Source of the DNA: Mobula hypostoma
Lineage: Eukaryota
DNA: 62,000 nucleotides
Direction of reading: 5' to 3'
Assembly: GCF_963921235.1 (NCBI RefSeq)
Contig: NC_086109.1
Location: 1,240,001 to 1,302,000, forward strand
In this document: positions 11,048 through 23,902 of the stretch, piece after piece
Position numbering within the stretch: the first letter of the stretch is position 1
How the letters are laid out: every line of letters starts with the position of its first letter
The notes under the pieces: generated by a model
Databases searched by the model: none
What the model was told of the DNA's origin: nothing
What the model saw: only the letters and a program-made list of their open reading frames with translations
Translations under genes and position numbers: made by a program

Positions 11048-14000
11048 TAAGATCATAAGATAAAGGATCAGAATTAGGCCATTTGGCCCATCAAGTCTGC
11101 TCCATCATTTCATCTATTATCCTTCCAGCCCCAATCCCCTGCCTTCTCCCAGTAACCCTTCATACCCTGACTAATCAAGAATTTATCAACCTCTGCCTTC
11201 AATATAACTAATGACCTGGGCTCCACAGCTGCCTGTGGCAACGAATTCCACAGATTCACCATTCTCTGGTTATAAAAATTCCTCCTTATCTCCATTCTAG
11301 CTGGGCTGCTGATCAGATTGAAGCTGAGGGGCTTCAGGGTCCCTATGCCCACCATCCTACTAGCTAATGTGAAAGCCATAGAGAACAAGGTGGATGATCT
11401 TAAAGGGAGACTCACCTACTGCAGGGAGATGCAGAACTGCTGTGTATTCTGTTTCACCGAGACCTGGCTCTCCCCGCCACCCCCGACTGTGCCATCCGAC
11501 CGGAGGGATTTTCAATCCATCGGATGGACCGCACGGCATCTTCGGGCAAGACGAGGGGAGGTGGTGTCTGCCTACTGATCAATACTGCGTGGTGCTCGGA
11601 CACAGTGGCACTGACAAGCTCCTGCAGCCCAGACCTGGAACACCTGTCGGTGAAGTGTCGTCCCTACTATCTGCCACGGGAATTCACCTCGGTCATACTG
11701 ACAGCGGTCTACATTCCCCCCAGGCGGATGTGGAGTGTGCTCTGAACATACTGTACACCATCATCAGTGAACTTGAGACCAGGCAGCCGGAGGATTTGCT
11801 CATTACAGCCGGGGACTTTAACCAGGCCAACCTCAGAAAGGCGCTCCCAAAGTTATACCAACATGTCTCCTGCCCCACTAGAGGCCCGAATATACTTGAC
11901 CATTGCTACACAGCAGTCAAGGATGCCTACTGTTCCGTCCCACGACCTCACTTCGGAAAATCGGACCATCAGGCTGTACTCCTCCTCCCGGCTTACAAAC
12001 AGAAACTGAAGCGGGAGGTCACGGTGTCAAAAGTGGTGTCGCGTTGGATGGAGGAAACGGATGAGGTCCTCCGTGACTGCTTTGAATCGGTGGACTGGTT
12101 AGTATTCAAGGACTCAGCAGCTAACCTCAATGAGTATGCCTCAGCTGTCACGGACTTTATCTGGAAATGCACAGAGGACTGTGTGTCTCGCAAGACAATC
12201 TGGGTATTCCCTAACCGGAAACCTTGGATGAATTATGAGGTCAAGTCCCTTTCAGTCCGGGGATACCAGTTCTACATGAAATCAAGGCGTGAACTCCGGA
12301 AAGCCATTAAGGGCGCCAAGAGGCAATATCGAGCCAAGTTGGAAGCCCAGGCTAACCAAAGTGATGCCAGTAGACTATGGCAGGGTCTAAATGAGATCAC
12401 TGGGTGCAGAGAAAAGGCTGGGAATATCAATAACTGTGGCGCTTCTCTTCCTGACGAACTTAATGTATTCTGCGCAAGATTCAAACAGAAGAGGAGCGTC
12501 CCGCTCCCTCCGGATGAACCGGACCTGGTGGCATCGAGATTCATCGTCACCGAGGAGGACGTTAGAAGGGCCTTCCTAAAGATAAATCCAGGAAGGCGAC
12601 GGGCCCAGATGGCGTCCCAGGACGGGTTCTACGGGCCTGTGCAAGCGAGCTAGCTGGAGTGTTTTCTGACATCTTCAGCTGCTCCTTGCTTTAGTCTAAG
12701 ATCCCCACGTGTTTTAAGAAGGCAACAATAATCCCAGTACCGAAGAAGAGCAAGGTGGCATGTCTGAATGACTATCGACCTGTGGCTCTGACATCAATTG
12801 CTATGAAGTGCTTCGAGAGATTGGTTAATGCACACATCAACCACAGCCTACCGGTCAACCTCAACTCTTCGCAATTCGCCTACCGGAGCAACAGGTCAAT
12901 GGCAGATGCCATCTCTCTGGCCCTACGTTCCTCCTTAGAACACCTGGAGAATAAAGACGCATATGTAAGGTTCCTTTTCATTGACTACAGCTCTGTCTTT
13001 AATACCATCGTTCCAAATAATCTGATTCCTAAGCTCCTGAACCTGGGCCTTAGCACTCAGATCTGCAGTTGGATCTTCAACTTCCTCACAGACAGGACCC
13101 AGGCTGTAAAAATAGGGGACAAGCTCTCCTCTACAATCACTCGGAGCACTAGTGCCCGACAAGGCTGTGTACTCAGCCCCCTGCTGTACTCACTGTACAC
13201 CCATGATTGTGTAGCCAAGTTTCCATCAAACTCAATATATAAGTTTGCTGATGACACAACAATTGTAGGCCGTATCTCGGGTAATGATGAGTTTGAGTAC
13301 AGAGAGGAAATTAAGAACCTGGTGACATAATGCGAAGACAGTAACCTATCCCTCAACATCAGCAAGACGAAGGAATTGGTTGTTGACTTCAGAAGGAGTA
13401 GCGGACCACATGATCCAATTTACATCGGTGGTGCACAAGTGGAACAGGTCAAAAGCTTTAAGTTCCTCAGGGTCAATATCACAAATGACCTGACTTGGTC
13501 CAACCAAGCAGAGTTCCCTGCCAAGAAGGCCCACCAGACTGAGAAAACTAAAGAAATTTGGCCTGTCCTCTAAAACCCTCACTGATTTTTGTAGATGACC
13601 GTAGAAAGCATTCTTCTAGGGTGCATCATAACCTGGTATGGAAGTTGTCCTGTCCAAGACCGAAAGAAGCTGCAGAAGATCGTGAACATGGCGCAGCACA
13701 TCACACAAACCAATCTTCCATCTGTGGACTCACTGTCGGAACAGTGCTGCCAGCATAACCAAGGACACGACCCACCCAGCCAACACACTTTTCGTCCCTC
13801 TTCCCTCCGGGAGAAGGCTCAGGAGCTTGAAGACTCGTACGGCCAGATCTGGGAACAGCTTCTTTCCAACTGTGATAAGACTGCTGAACGGATCCTGACC
13901 CGGATCTGGGCCGTACCCTCCAAATATCTGGACCTGCCTCTCGGTTTTTTTGCACTACCTTACTTCCCATTTTTCTATTTTCTATTTATGATTTATAAGT

Positions 14001-14395
14001 TAAATTTTTAATATTTACTAATCTTAACTATTTTTAATATCTTCAATATTTAATATTTGTAATCCAGGGAGTGTGAAGCGCGGAATCAAATATCGTTGTG
14101 ATGATTGTACGTTCTAGTATCAATTGTTTGGTGACAATAAAGTATAAAGTATAAAGTATGTTCCCCTATTCTGAGGCTGAATACACCAAATGAAACATCT
14201 GTTCTTACACCAAAGGAAACATCCTCTCCACATCCGCTCTATCAAGGCCTTTCAACATTAGATAGGTTTCAATGAGGTCACCCCTCATTCTTCTGGATCC
14301 TAGTGAGTACTGGCCCAGAGCCATCACATGCTCCTCACATGATGAGCCCTTCAATCCTGGAATCGTTTTCCTGATGATCCCAGAATCATTTTCAT
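11048..14395 (-). mobile_element. CR1 3' end split into 11048-11299 and 14160-14395 by a Rex1/Babar insertion
   Basis: RRNFYNQRMVNLWNSLPQ on minus strand, ataagatcataag tail; CR1 sequence resumes after the Rex tail. Confidence 0.85.
11300..14159 (+). mobile_element. Rex1/Babar LINE with near-complete APE-RT ORF, disrupted
   Basis: [61 protein letters not shown]; (TATAAAG)n tail. Confidence 0.95.
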
Positions 14396-16352
14396 GATGT
14401 GTATACCATCAGGCTCAAAGACAGTTTCTATCCCACTGTTATCAAACTATTGAATGGTCCCTACTGTGATAAGATGGACTCTTCACCTCAGAATGGGTTT
14501 GCAGCTGTTATCTGCCTACACTGCACTTTCTCTGTAAGTGTAACACTTGATTCTGCGCTCAATTATTGCTTTCTCTTGGACTATATCAGTGCAATTCTGT
14601 AATGAAAAGATCTGTCTAGATGGCAAGCAAAACAAACCTTTCAATGCATCTCAGTGCACGTAATAATAATAAACCAATTTACCAAATTACAGTCAGATCC
14701 CCGTACAGTTTGTAGTTTTGGGATCCTGAGACGTCTTGGTTCCATGGGCCAGGAGGCATCAGGAGTCACTGTGATGAGACACCAACAAGGTGGGTGCTCG
14801 CAAAATATACAGGTAACAGTCACACACAAGCAGAGTAACACAGCCTCACAGGCCCTGCCGGGGTGCGGGCTCTAGAAGTCAGCTACCTATCACATGAGTG
14901 TTACACATGCCCACGCAGTGACACACACACTCTCCCTGTCCCAGTTCAAACCCATGTAATACTCTGGGATGGGGGATTTGGGCAACACTTCCACACATGG
15001 CAAGTACACATCCAGGAATGTCAGAAATGCATCGCAGTGACACACTCTTACTATTTGCGTTAACCTCTCTGTCCATCTTGCTCTCTCTTTCTCAGTCTTC
15101 CTCATGCACCCAGTTTCTGCCGGCATCTCTCATGTCTCTCTTTCTGTCTTTAATTTGCTTCCAAGATCTCTCTGTCCACTTCTGTCCACCTCCGGCTCTC
15201 TCTCTCTCTGCTGTCTCTCCCTCTTCTGTCTGTCTGTCTCTCTCTTTGTTCTCTTGTCTTTCTCACACGAAGGAACACAGTTGGAAATAGGAACAGGCTT
15301 TGGCCACCAGGCACCTTAACCCTATTCTGATGCTGAATAGAATCATAGCTGACCTAACCCAGGCCTCAACACTTCCACCCCTGCATGGAACTTTGACTGA
15401 TGTTTTCACCTCGGAACAGATCCTCAGTACTGACCTATTCCAGACCACTGTTAACACCTGTGGGAGTGGCCATCATCACCATGGCAAAGAGTACATATTG
15501 ACTTTGCTGGGCCATTCATGGACTCCGTGTTTCTGATTGCAGTGGATGCTCATTTGGAGTGGCTGGAGTTTATTTCAATTAAGTCAAACACCTCAGAAAA
15601 AACTGCGTCCACTTTGAAGACTCATCGTCGTGGCTATCCCTCGAGGTCGAGTTGGTGGTCTTCATTCCATTGATCTATTTATGGGCTCTCAAGTGGCTTA
15701 TGAGTCCAATCTTGGCTTTGAAAGTTCTTCCGCATTCAGGACAGGTAGTTCCAGATGGCAGATCGTGCTTTGGTTGTTGCTGCCTCTCTTTCCATTTTCT
15801 TCTAATTCTGCACATCTGCTGACTTGGAAAGTTGCTGTTCCTTCTCAGATGATGGCTTGCCGGAGTTTCCTGTCCTTGGCATTGGTTTCCCAACTGTTGA
15901 TGTCGATGTTACATTTCTTCATGTTGGCTTTTAAGACGTCTTTGAATCTCTTCTGTTGTCCGCCTCTTTTACGTTTGCCTTCTTTAAGCTGGGAGTAGAA
16001 GATTTGTTTCGGCAGACGCTCATCTTTCATCCAACAACATGACTGCTCCATCTTAGTTGGTTCTTGATGACGTAGGCTTCAATGCTTGCTGTCTTTGCTT
16101 CATTTAGCACGCTGACGTTGGTTCTTCTATCTTACCAGCTGATATTTAAGATATTTCGAAGACAGCATTGATGGAACTCTTCAAGTGCCTTCAGATGTCG
16201 TCGGTATGTTGTCCAGGTTTCTAATACATACAGGAGTGTTGGGATTACCACTGCTTTGTACACTAACATTTTGCTGTCTGTTCGGATGTCACAGTCATGA
16301 AAGACTCTTGTTTGGAGACGTCCAAAAGCTGTTCCAGCGCATTTAAGACGAT

Positions 16353-17175
16353 CGTTTACACAAAATACTCTGCAGATGATGGGGTCAAAGCAACACTCAC
16401 AACACGCTGGAGGAACTCAGAAGGTCAGGCAGCATCCGTGGAAATGATCAGAAGGGAGATGATGGTAGAAGGGAAACCATGATCCTTAAAGAAGGAGGAC
16501 ATTTGAGATGCCTTGGAAATGAGATGTCCTTTTGCATCTGGTGCTCCCGGTGCAGCCTCTTGTACATCGGTGAAACCCAACGCAGATTGGGGGACCGCTT
16601 CGTCGAGCACCTCCGCTCCGTCCCCACAACAGACAGGGTCTCCCTGTTGCCACCCACTTCAACTCTGCTTCCCATTCCCATTCAGGTATGTCCATACATG
16701 GCCTCCTCTACTGCCATGATGAGGCTAAACTCCGGTTGGAGGAGCAACACCTCATATACCGTTTAGGTAGTCTCCAGCCCTTTGGTATGAACATTGAATT
16801 CTCCAACTTCCGGTAATTCCCTCCCCCTCCCTTCCCCAATCCCTATTTCTCTCTGCCCCCTCCCCCAGCTGCCTGTCACCTCCCTCATGGTTCTGCCTCC
16901 TTCTACAACCCATTGTGTTTCCCCTATTCCTTCTTCACCTTTCCTGCCTATCACCTCCCTGCCTCCCCTCCCCCACCCCTTTATCTTTCCCCTTACTGGT
17001 TTTTCACCTGGAACCTACCAGCCTTCTCCTTCTCACCCTCCCCCCACCTTCTTTATAGGGCCTCTGCCCCTTCCCTCTTCAGTCCTGACGAGGGTTCCAG
17101 TCCAAAACATTGACTGATTGTTTCCACGGATGCTGCCCGACCTGCTGAGTTCCTCCAGCGTGTTGTGAGTGTTGC
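16353..17175 (+). mobile_element. Penelope-like element fragment with inverted 5' part
   Basis: GIY-YIG segment CIWCSRCSLLYIGETQRRLGDRFVEH; 16353-16451 is an inverted copy of the element 3' end; TSD gcatttaagacgat 16339-16352 / gcatgtaagacgat 17174-17187. Confidence 0.9.
17079..17117 (+). ncRNA. Degenerate minimal hammerhead ribozyme, probably inactive
   Basis: tcagtc CTGACGA gggttccagtcc AAAA catt gactga: stem I intact, GAAA mutated to AAAA. Confidence 0.6.
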
Positions 17176-18842
17176 ATGTAAGACGATGTTGGATCTCGTC
17201 ATTAAGGTCGACATCGGAGGAGAGGTGACTTCCAAGATATGGAAAATGGTCCACGTTTTCCAGGGCGGTGTCACCAAGTTGAATTGATGGTTCTATCCGA
17301 TTTGTCTCAATTGGTGATGGTTGGTAGATGACGTGAGTCTTCTTGGATTTGATGGCAAGTCCAAGTTTCGTGTACGCATGGTTGAAGGCAGTCAGAATCT
17401 GTTGTCGGTGGTTTTCTGAGAGAGCTGCAACACTGTTGTCATCTGCGTATTGGAACTCGATGAGGGAACTCATGGATGTCTTGTTTTTGGACTTGAGACG
17501 GGCAAGGTTGAAAAGTCTGCCATTTGTCTGCAGACAATTTCAATTCCTGGGCACAGATCATCCTTGGTACTGTGGATGATTTTCGCAATGAAGATGGTGA
17601 ACGAAGTTGGGGCAATCATGCATCCCTGTTTTACTCCTGATCTAACTTGAAAAGTCTCACAGTTACTATTGCTGACCATGACTGCGGCAAGCATGCCATC
17701 GTGGAGGAGTCTCAGAATTCGAATGTACTTTTCAGGGCATCCATAGGTGGATAGGACATCCCATAGGAGTTCCCTTGATCCCAAGTCAAAGGCTTTGATG
17801 AGGTCGATGAATGCCATGTACAAAGGTTGAAGTTGTTCACGACATTTTTCTTGTAGTTGTCGCATTGTGAAGATCATGTCGATTGCTTCATGTGATGGTC
17901 TAAAACTGGCTTGTGTCTCTGGAAGGATCTTCTCAGCTAAAGGCTTGAGCCAGCTATTCATGATGCGGGTGAGGATCTTTCCTGCTGTTGCTAACAGGGA
18001 AATTCCATGATAGTTTCCACATTCGGATTGATCGCCTTTCCTTTTGTAGATGGTAACGATTGCTGAGTCTCTAAAGTCTGCTGGTACGTCTTCATTTATC
18101 CAGATCTTGATGAGAAGTTGATGCAGTTGATAATGAAGCGGGTAACCTCCAATTTTGTAGACCCTGGCTGGTATTCCATTGTGTCCAGAGGCCTTGTTGG
18201 TTTTTAAGGTTTTGATTGTTTCCTTGACTTCTTCAAGTGTTGGTATTTTGCTTAGGGAGTCATCAACGGGCTGTTTTGGAATGTTGTTAATCACATTCCT
18301 GTCAAATGAGACGGTTTGATTTAGAAGATCTTCAAAGTGCTCCCTCCATCTAGAATTGATATCAGCATTGTTCTTCAGGATGGTTGAACATGAGAGGGGC
18401 ATGACCGTAAGTGGTTGGGCCAAAAATAGCTTTAGTTGCATTGAAAAAGCCTTGAGTGTCATTGGCGTCTGCTAGTTGTTGGATTTCCTGAGATTTCTTC
18501 CTCTTGGGATCTCAGGACCACACAAGCTTCTCCATCGCAACAATGTGACAATCCACGGAGAAGACTTTGAAGACTATATTCACCAGAAATTGAATACCAG
18601 AACAAACTGTGAGTGACACAGACCACAATACCTGTCAGAAAAGTTTGGACTGTTCATGAAGAAAAATGGCATCAAACATTGAAAGTCAGCTCCTCACCAC
18701 CCAGCAATGAATGGGTTAGCTGAAAGGTTTATCAAAACCCTCAAGAAGTCCATTAAAGCAATGGACAAGGAAGACATTCCTCTACAGCATGAGGTGGACA
18801 ACTTCTTTTTTGTGTATCAGAACTCTATACATGCCACAACAA

Positions 18843-19748
18843 CTACTTCAGCTACTGCACAGAGTCTTGTCATCTTCAGAAGTTTTCTCATGACTCTGCC
18901 ACAGTTGGATGCATCAGCAAGGGAGATGAGGCTGAGTACAGGGCTACGGTAGGAAACTTTGTCACATGGTGTGAGCAGAATTATCTGCAGCTTAATGTGA
19001 AAAAGACTAAGGAGCTGGTGGTAGACCTGAGGAGAGCTAAGGTGGTGACCCCTGTTTCCATCCAGGGGGTCAGTGTGGACATGGTGGAGGATTACAAATA
19101 CCTGGGGATACGAATTGATAATAAACCGGACTGGTCAAAGAACACTGAGGCTGTCTACAAGAAGGGTCAGAGCCGTCTCTATTTCCTGAGGAGACTGAGG
19201 TCCTTTAACATCTGCTGGACGATGCTGAGAATGCTCTACGAGTCCGTGGTGGTCAGTGCGATCATGTTTGCTGTTGTGTGCTGGGGCAGCAGGCTGAGGG
19301 CAGCAGACACCAACAGAATCAACAAACTCATTCGTAAGGCCAGTGATGTTGCGGGGATGGAACTGGACTCTCTGACGGTGGTGTCTGAAAAGAGGATGCT
19401 GTCCAAGTTGCATGCCATCTTGTACAATGTCTCCCATCCACCACATAATGGACCGGTTGGGCACAGGAGTACATTCAGCCAGAGACTCATTCCACCGAGA
19501 TGCAGCACAGAGCGTCATAGGAAGTCATTCCTGCCTGTGGCTATCAAACTTTACAACTCCTCCCTTGGAGGGTCAGACACTTTGAGCTAATAGGCTGGTC
19601 CTGGACTTATTTCCATCTGGCATAAACATATTATTATTTAATTATTTATGATTTTATATTGCTATATTTATACTCTATTCTTGGTTGGTGCAACTGTAAT
19701 GAAACCCAATTTCCCTCAGGATCAGTCTATCTATCTAGCTATCTATCT
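18843..19748 (+). mobile_element. Rex1/Babar LINE, 5'-truncated
   Basis: KKTKELVVDLRR, YKYLG, RLYFLRRL; (CTAT)n tail; possible short TSD aacaa; near-identical to 36720-37600. Confidence 0.92.
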
Positions 19749-19980
19749 AACAAGTCAAATAACTGCAATGCTGTTCATGAGCAGGAAACTGAGATCTCGC
19801 ATAGATCACCTGAAACCAGATTTGCAGAAGGAAGTACAGAATAAAAAATTTAGCCAGTTATCAAGTGAATCAGCTAGTAGCTTTGAGTTTGGATAGGAAG
19901 CCCTAGCACGTGGTTACCAAGAAGACAAGTGGACATCTGGTAGGATAGCTACAAGAACTAGAGCACTGACGTACACAGTA

Positions 19981-20200
19981 TTTCCTCTGCCTCTCTCCCT
20001 TTTTGAAGAGTGGAAAGACATTTGCAATTTTCCAGTCCTCTGCAACCATGCTAGAATCTCTCAATCCTGAAACGATCATTACTAATGCCTTCACAATCTC
20101 TTGACCCACCTCTTTCAGGACCCTGGAGTGTAGACTATCCGGTGCAGGTGACATATCTACCTTCAGATCTTTCAGTTTCCCAAGCACCTTCTGCAATTCA
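19981..20200 (-). mobile_element. CR1 internal fragment
   Basis: LKVDMSPAPDSLHSRVLKEV..DWKIANVFPLFKKG. Confidence 0.85.
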
Positions 20201-20309
20201 GGTTTCAGTGGGCTCTATGCCTCATGACTTTCTGTATGAGCTTTCCACGGGGAACCACAGATCCTCCATGTCATAGATCATAGAATATTACAGCACAGTG
20301 CAGATCCTT

Positions 20310-20710
20310 TAGGGTGGCAGGTTGGAGCTATGGCTCTACCAAAGGAGATGTAAGGTGCCACTTTCATCTGCAAGCCTATAGATCACCCTTGGGCAAGGTG
20401 TAGCACCTGTTCAGCCCTCAGTCAGGGTCACGTGAAGCTCTGGGAGGAGGTTGTGGATGATCATATGAGCAGCTGGTGTATATCACAAGTCCTGACTATG
20501 CGACCACTGACACTGGGCAGACAATCTCTGAAGGGCATTGATAATGGCTGAGTTCACCCAACTTGTAAAGACACTACTTAGAAGAAGGCAATGGCAAACC
20601 GTTTAGGTCAAAATATTTGCCAAGGACAATCCTGGTCAGCAAATGTAACACCATGATTGGCAATGTTATACGACATGGTTCATCATGATGATGGTGATGT
20701 CGATGTTGAT
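20310..20710 (+). mobile_element. Non-autonomous RTE-related retroposon (copy 1)
   Basis: Aligns by eye with 45861-46270; gaagaaggcaatggcaaacc motif and (GAT)n tail. Confidence 0.75.
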
Positions 20711-20721
20711 GTCGATAACCA

Positions 20722-21164
20722 AAATCAGGTTTACTATCACTGGCATGAGTTGTAAAACATGCTAACTTAGCAGCAGCAGTACAATGCAATACACGATAAA
20801 ATAGAGAGAAAAAGAAAGATGTAAATCAATTAAGGTAGGTATAATATATATATATATAGACATCCATTAGTCTCATGAGACCATGGATTTGCGCCTTGGA
20901 AGGTTTCCAGTGCACAGGCCTGGGCAAGGTTGTATGGAAGACCAGCATTTGCCCATGCTGCAAGTCTCCCCTCTCCACGCCACCGATGTTGTCCAAGGGA
21001 AGGGCATTAAGACCCATACAGCTTGGAACTGGTGTCGTCACAGAGCAATGTGTGAATAAGTGCCTTGCTCAGGGACACAACACGCTGCCTCAGCCAAGGC
21101 TCGAACTAGCGACCTTCAGATCGCTAGACGAATGCCTTAACCATTTGACCATGTGCCAACACTG

Positions 21165-21210
<46 letters not shown>

Positions 21211-21760
21211 TAGTTAGATCAAAAATAGTGCAAAAACAGAAATAATAAAAAAGTGAGGTAATGTTCATGGGTTGAATGTCCACTCACAAATCAGATGGCA
21301 GAAGAAAAGAAGCTGTTCCTGAATCACTGAGTGTGTGGCTTCAGGCTTCTGTACCTCCTACCTGATGGTAACAGTGAGAAAAGGGCCTGTTTGGGGTGAT
21401 GGGTATCCTTAATAATGGATGCAACTTTCTGAATATGTCTTGGAAAGTACAGAAGCTAGTATCCAAGATGGAGATGACCAATTTGTAAATTCTTTTGATC
21501 CTGTGCAGTACTTCCCCACACCCCCCCCATACCAGACAGTGATGCAGCCTGTCAGAATGCTCTCCAAGGTACAACTATAGAAGTTTTCAGTGTTTTAGGT
21601 GACAAACCAAATTTCCTCAAAGTCCTAATGGAATATAGCCACTGTCTTACCTTCTTTATAGCTGCATCGATGTGCTGGGACCAGATTAGATCCTCAGAGA
21701 TTGGCAGCCAGGAGCTTGAAATTACTCACTCTCTCCAGCTCTGATCCTCAATGAGGATTG
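20722..21760 (-). mobile_element. Rex1/Babar 3' fragment interrupted by a SINE and (TA)n
   Basis: Minus-strand SILTGCITVWYGG-type motifs; 3' UTR shared with 33003-33200. Confidence 0.8.
20859..21160 (-). mobile_element. tRNA-derived SINE with RTE-derived 3' tail
   Basis: Minus-strand A box tggtcaaatgg, B box agttcgagcc; tail ttccaaggcgcaaatccatggtctcatgagactaatggat matches the RTE end at 31078-31120. Confidence 0.85.
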
Positions 21761-21769
21761 GATAATGAC

Positions 21770-22500
21770 ATGCCCTTTGGCCCAAGCTATTGTGCCAAAC
21801 CTTTAACCTATTCCGCAATCAATCTAACCATTCCCTCCTACAAAATCCTCCATTTTTCTGTCATCCATGCGCCCATTAAAAAGATTCTTAACTGCCCCTC
21901 ATGTACCTGTTTCCACTACCATCCCTGAAGTAATTTTCCATGCCCCCATTACTCTCTGATATTGCTCCCTATACACCACTTTTCTCCAAATCACCTTCAA
22001 ATTACACCTTCCTGTATTAGCCATTTCTGCACTGGGATAAAGTCCCTAGCTATCCACTCAATCAATGCCTTTTATCATCTTGTACATCTCTGTTAAGCCA
22101 CTTTCCATCATCCTTCATCCCAAAGAGAGAGGCCCTAGCTCACTTAACCTATCCTCATAAAATATGCTCTCTAATCCAAACAGCATCCTGGTAAATCTCC
22201 TCTGCACCCTCTCTAAAGCTTCCACATCCTTCCCATAATGAGGCGACCAGAACTGAACACAATATTCCACGTGTGCTCTAACCAGGGTTTTATAGAGCTG
22301 CTACGATACCTTGCAGCTGTTGAGCTCAATCTGCTAACACACCATATGCACTCTTAACAAACCTATCAACTTACGCAGAACTTTGAGGGATCTGTGGTCC
22401 CCAAGATTCCTCTCTCCTCCACACTGCCATTGCCCTTGTATTCTTCCTTCAGATTTGACTTTCCAAATAAAACACTTGAACTCCATCTGCCATTTCTCAA
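21770..22500 (-). mobile_element. CR1 3' fragment
   Basis: EKWQMEF and LEYCVQFWSPHY-type motifs on minus strand. Confidence 0.85.
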
Positions 22501-22800
22501 GTTCAAGTTTATTGTCCTTCAATCCTATACATGCATGCAGACACACAAAACAATGTTCCTCCAGATCAAGGGGCACAACATAATACATATAACTGACATA
22601 AAATATAAAAAGTAGTATTACCACTGATAAATCAACAAATAAGAGGTAATGTTCCAGAAGATTGACATGTAGCATAAAGTGGTGGCAGGGAGTTCTGGAG
22701 GAAGAAGCTGTTTCCCATCCTAACTGTCCTTGTTCTTAAGCTATGGTGCCTCTTGCCTGATGGTCGGGGGTCAGAGAGATTGTGGGACAGACTGGAGGCA
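22500..22800 (-). mobile_element. Rex1/Babar 3' tail
   Basis: PSGKRHHSLRTRTVRMGNSFF; caataaacttgaacttga tail on minus strand. Confidence 0.7.
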
Positions 22801-22809
22801 TCCATTACT

Positions 22810-23895
22810 CTTCTTCCTTTTCCTCTCACCTTCCTTTTACTTTTTATACACGCAGGAATCCTGCTTTATATTATTGGCTAGTTTGACCTCATATTTCATC
22901 TTTTCTCTTCTTACTGCTTTTCTAGTTCCTTTCTGTTGGAATTTAAAAACTTCCCAACCATCCAACTTCCCACTTACTTTTGCTGCCTTATATGCCCTTT
23001 CCTTGACTTTTATGCAGTCCTTAACTTCCTTTGTCAGCCACAGTTGTCTAGCTCTGCCATTTGAGAACTTCTTCTATGGGACAAATCTATCCTGTGCTTT
23101 ATGAAATATTCCCAGAAACTTCAGCCATCTCTATTCCGCAATCAGTATCCTCCTCCAATCCACTTGGGCAAGCTCCTCTCTCATGCCTCTGTAATTCCCT
23201 TTATTCCATTGCGATACAGATACATGTAACTGATGCTTCTCCCTCTCAAACTGCAGAATGATTTCAATCGTGTTATGATCACTGTCTCCTAAGGGTTCCT
23301 TTACATTAAGTTCGCTAATAAGACTTGGGTTATTACACAACACCCAATCTAAGATAACCTTTCCCCGAGTAGGCTCAAGCACAAGCTGCTTGCAAAAGCC
23401 ATTTCATAGGCATTCAATAAATTCCCTCTTTTGTGATCCAACACCAACCTGATTTTCCAATGCCCTTGCATATTGAAGTCCACCATCACAACTGTGTCAT
23501 TACCCTTATTACATGCCTTTTCCAGCTCCCTTTGCAATCTCAACCCACATATTGGCTACTATTTGGAAGCCTATATATGATTACTTTAATTTTCTTTTAC
23601 CCTTGCAGTTTCTTAACTCCACCCACAAAGATTCAACATTCTCTGACCCAATGTCACCTCTTTCTAAAGATGTAATTCCATCTCTTACCAACAGAGCCAC
23701 AGCACCGCCTTTGCCTTCCCACCTGTCCTTCCAATACAAAGTATACCCTTTGATGTTAAACTTCTAACTATGCCCTTCCTTTTCTCTCTCTTGTAGCCAA
23801 GGGATGACTACCTCCCTGTAGCTCCTGTCAATCACTGCTTCACTTTCCCTAACAAGTCAAAGGTCATCCAGCTGCAATCCAGTTCCTTAACACGC
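22810..23895 (-). mobile_element. CR1 endonuclease-region fragment
   Basis: VMVDFN, EPTRGKVILDWVLCN, EPLGDSDHN. Confidence 0.9.
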
Positions 23896-23902
23896 TCACG
23901 GT

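Larger units (their letters stand above)
10640..14690 (+). mobile_element. Old Rex1/Babar fragment split into 10640-11047 and 14398-14690 by nested insertions
   Basis: HFLRRLKK..., RRYKSLKA stops at 11047 and resumes with TIRLKDSFYPTVIKLLN at ~14400; aataaaccaatt tail. Confidence 0.75.
15623..18563 (-). mobile_element. RTE-clade LINE (internally deleted) with C-terminal C2H2-like finger
   Basis: RT motifs KASGHNGIP, GVKQGC, FQYADD; CPECGRTFKAKIGLISHLRAH; exact 12-bp TSD actttgaagact at 15611-15622 and 18564-18575. Confidence 0.95.
15440..19980 (+). mobile_element. Decayed Gypsy integrase relic hosting RTE and Rex1 insertions
   Basis: WEWPSSPWQRVHIDFAGPFM..IAVDAH (15460-15560), SAPHHPAMNGLAERF (18685-18730), MLFMSRKLRSRIDHLKP (19770-19820). 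Confidence 0.85.
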
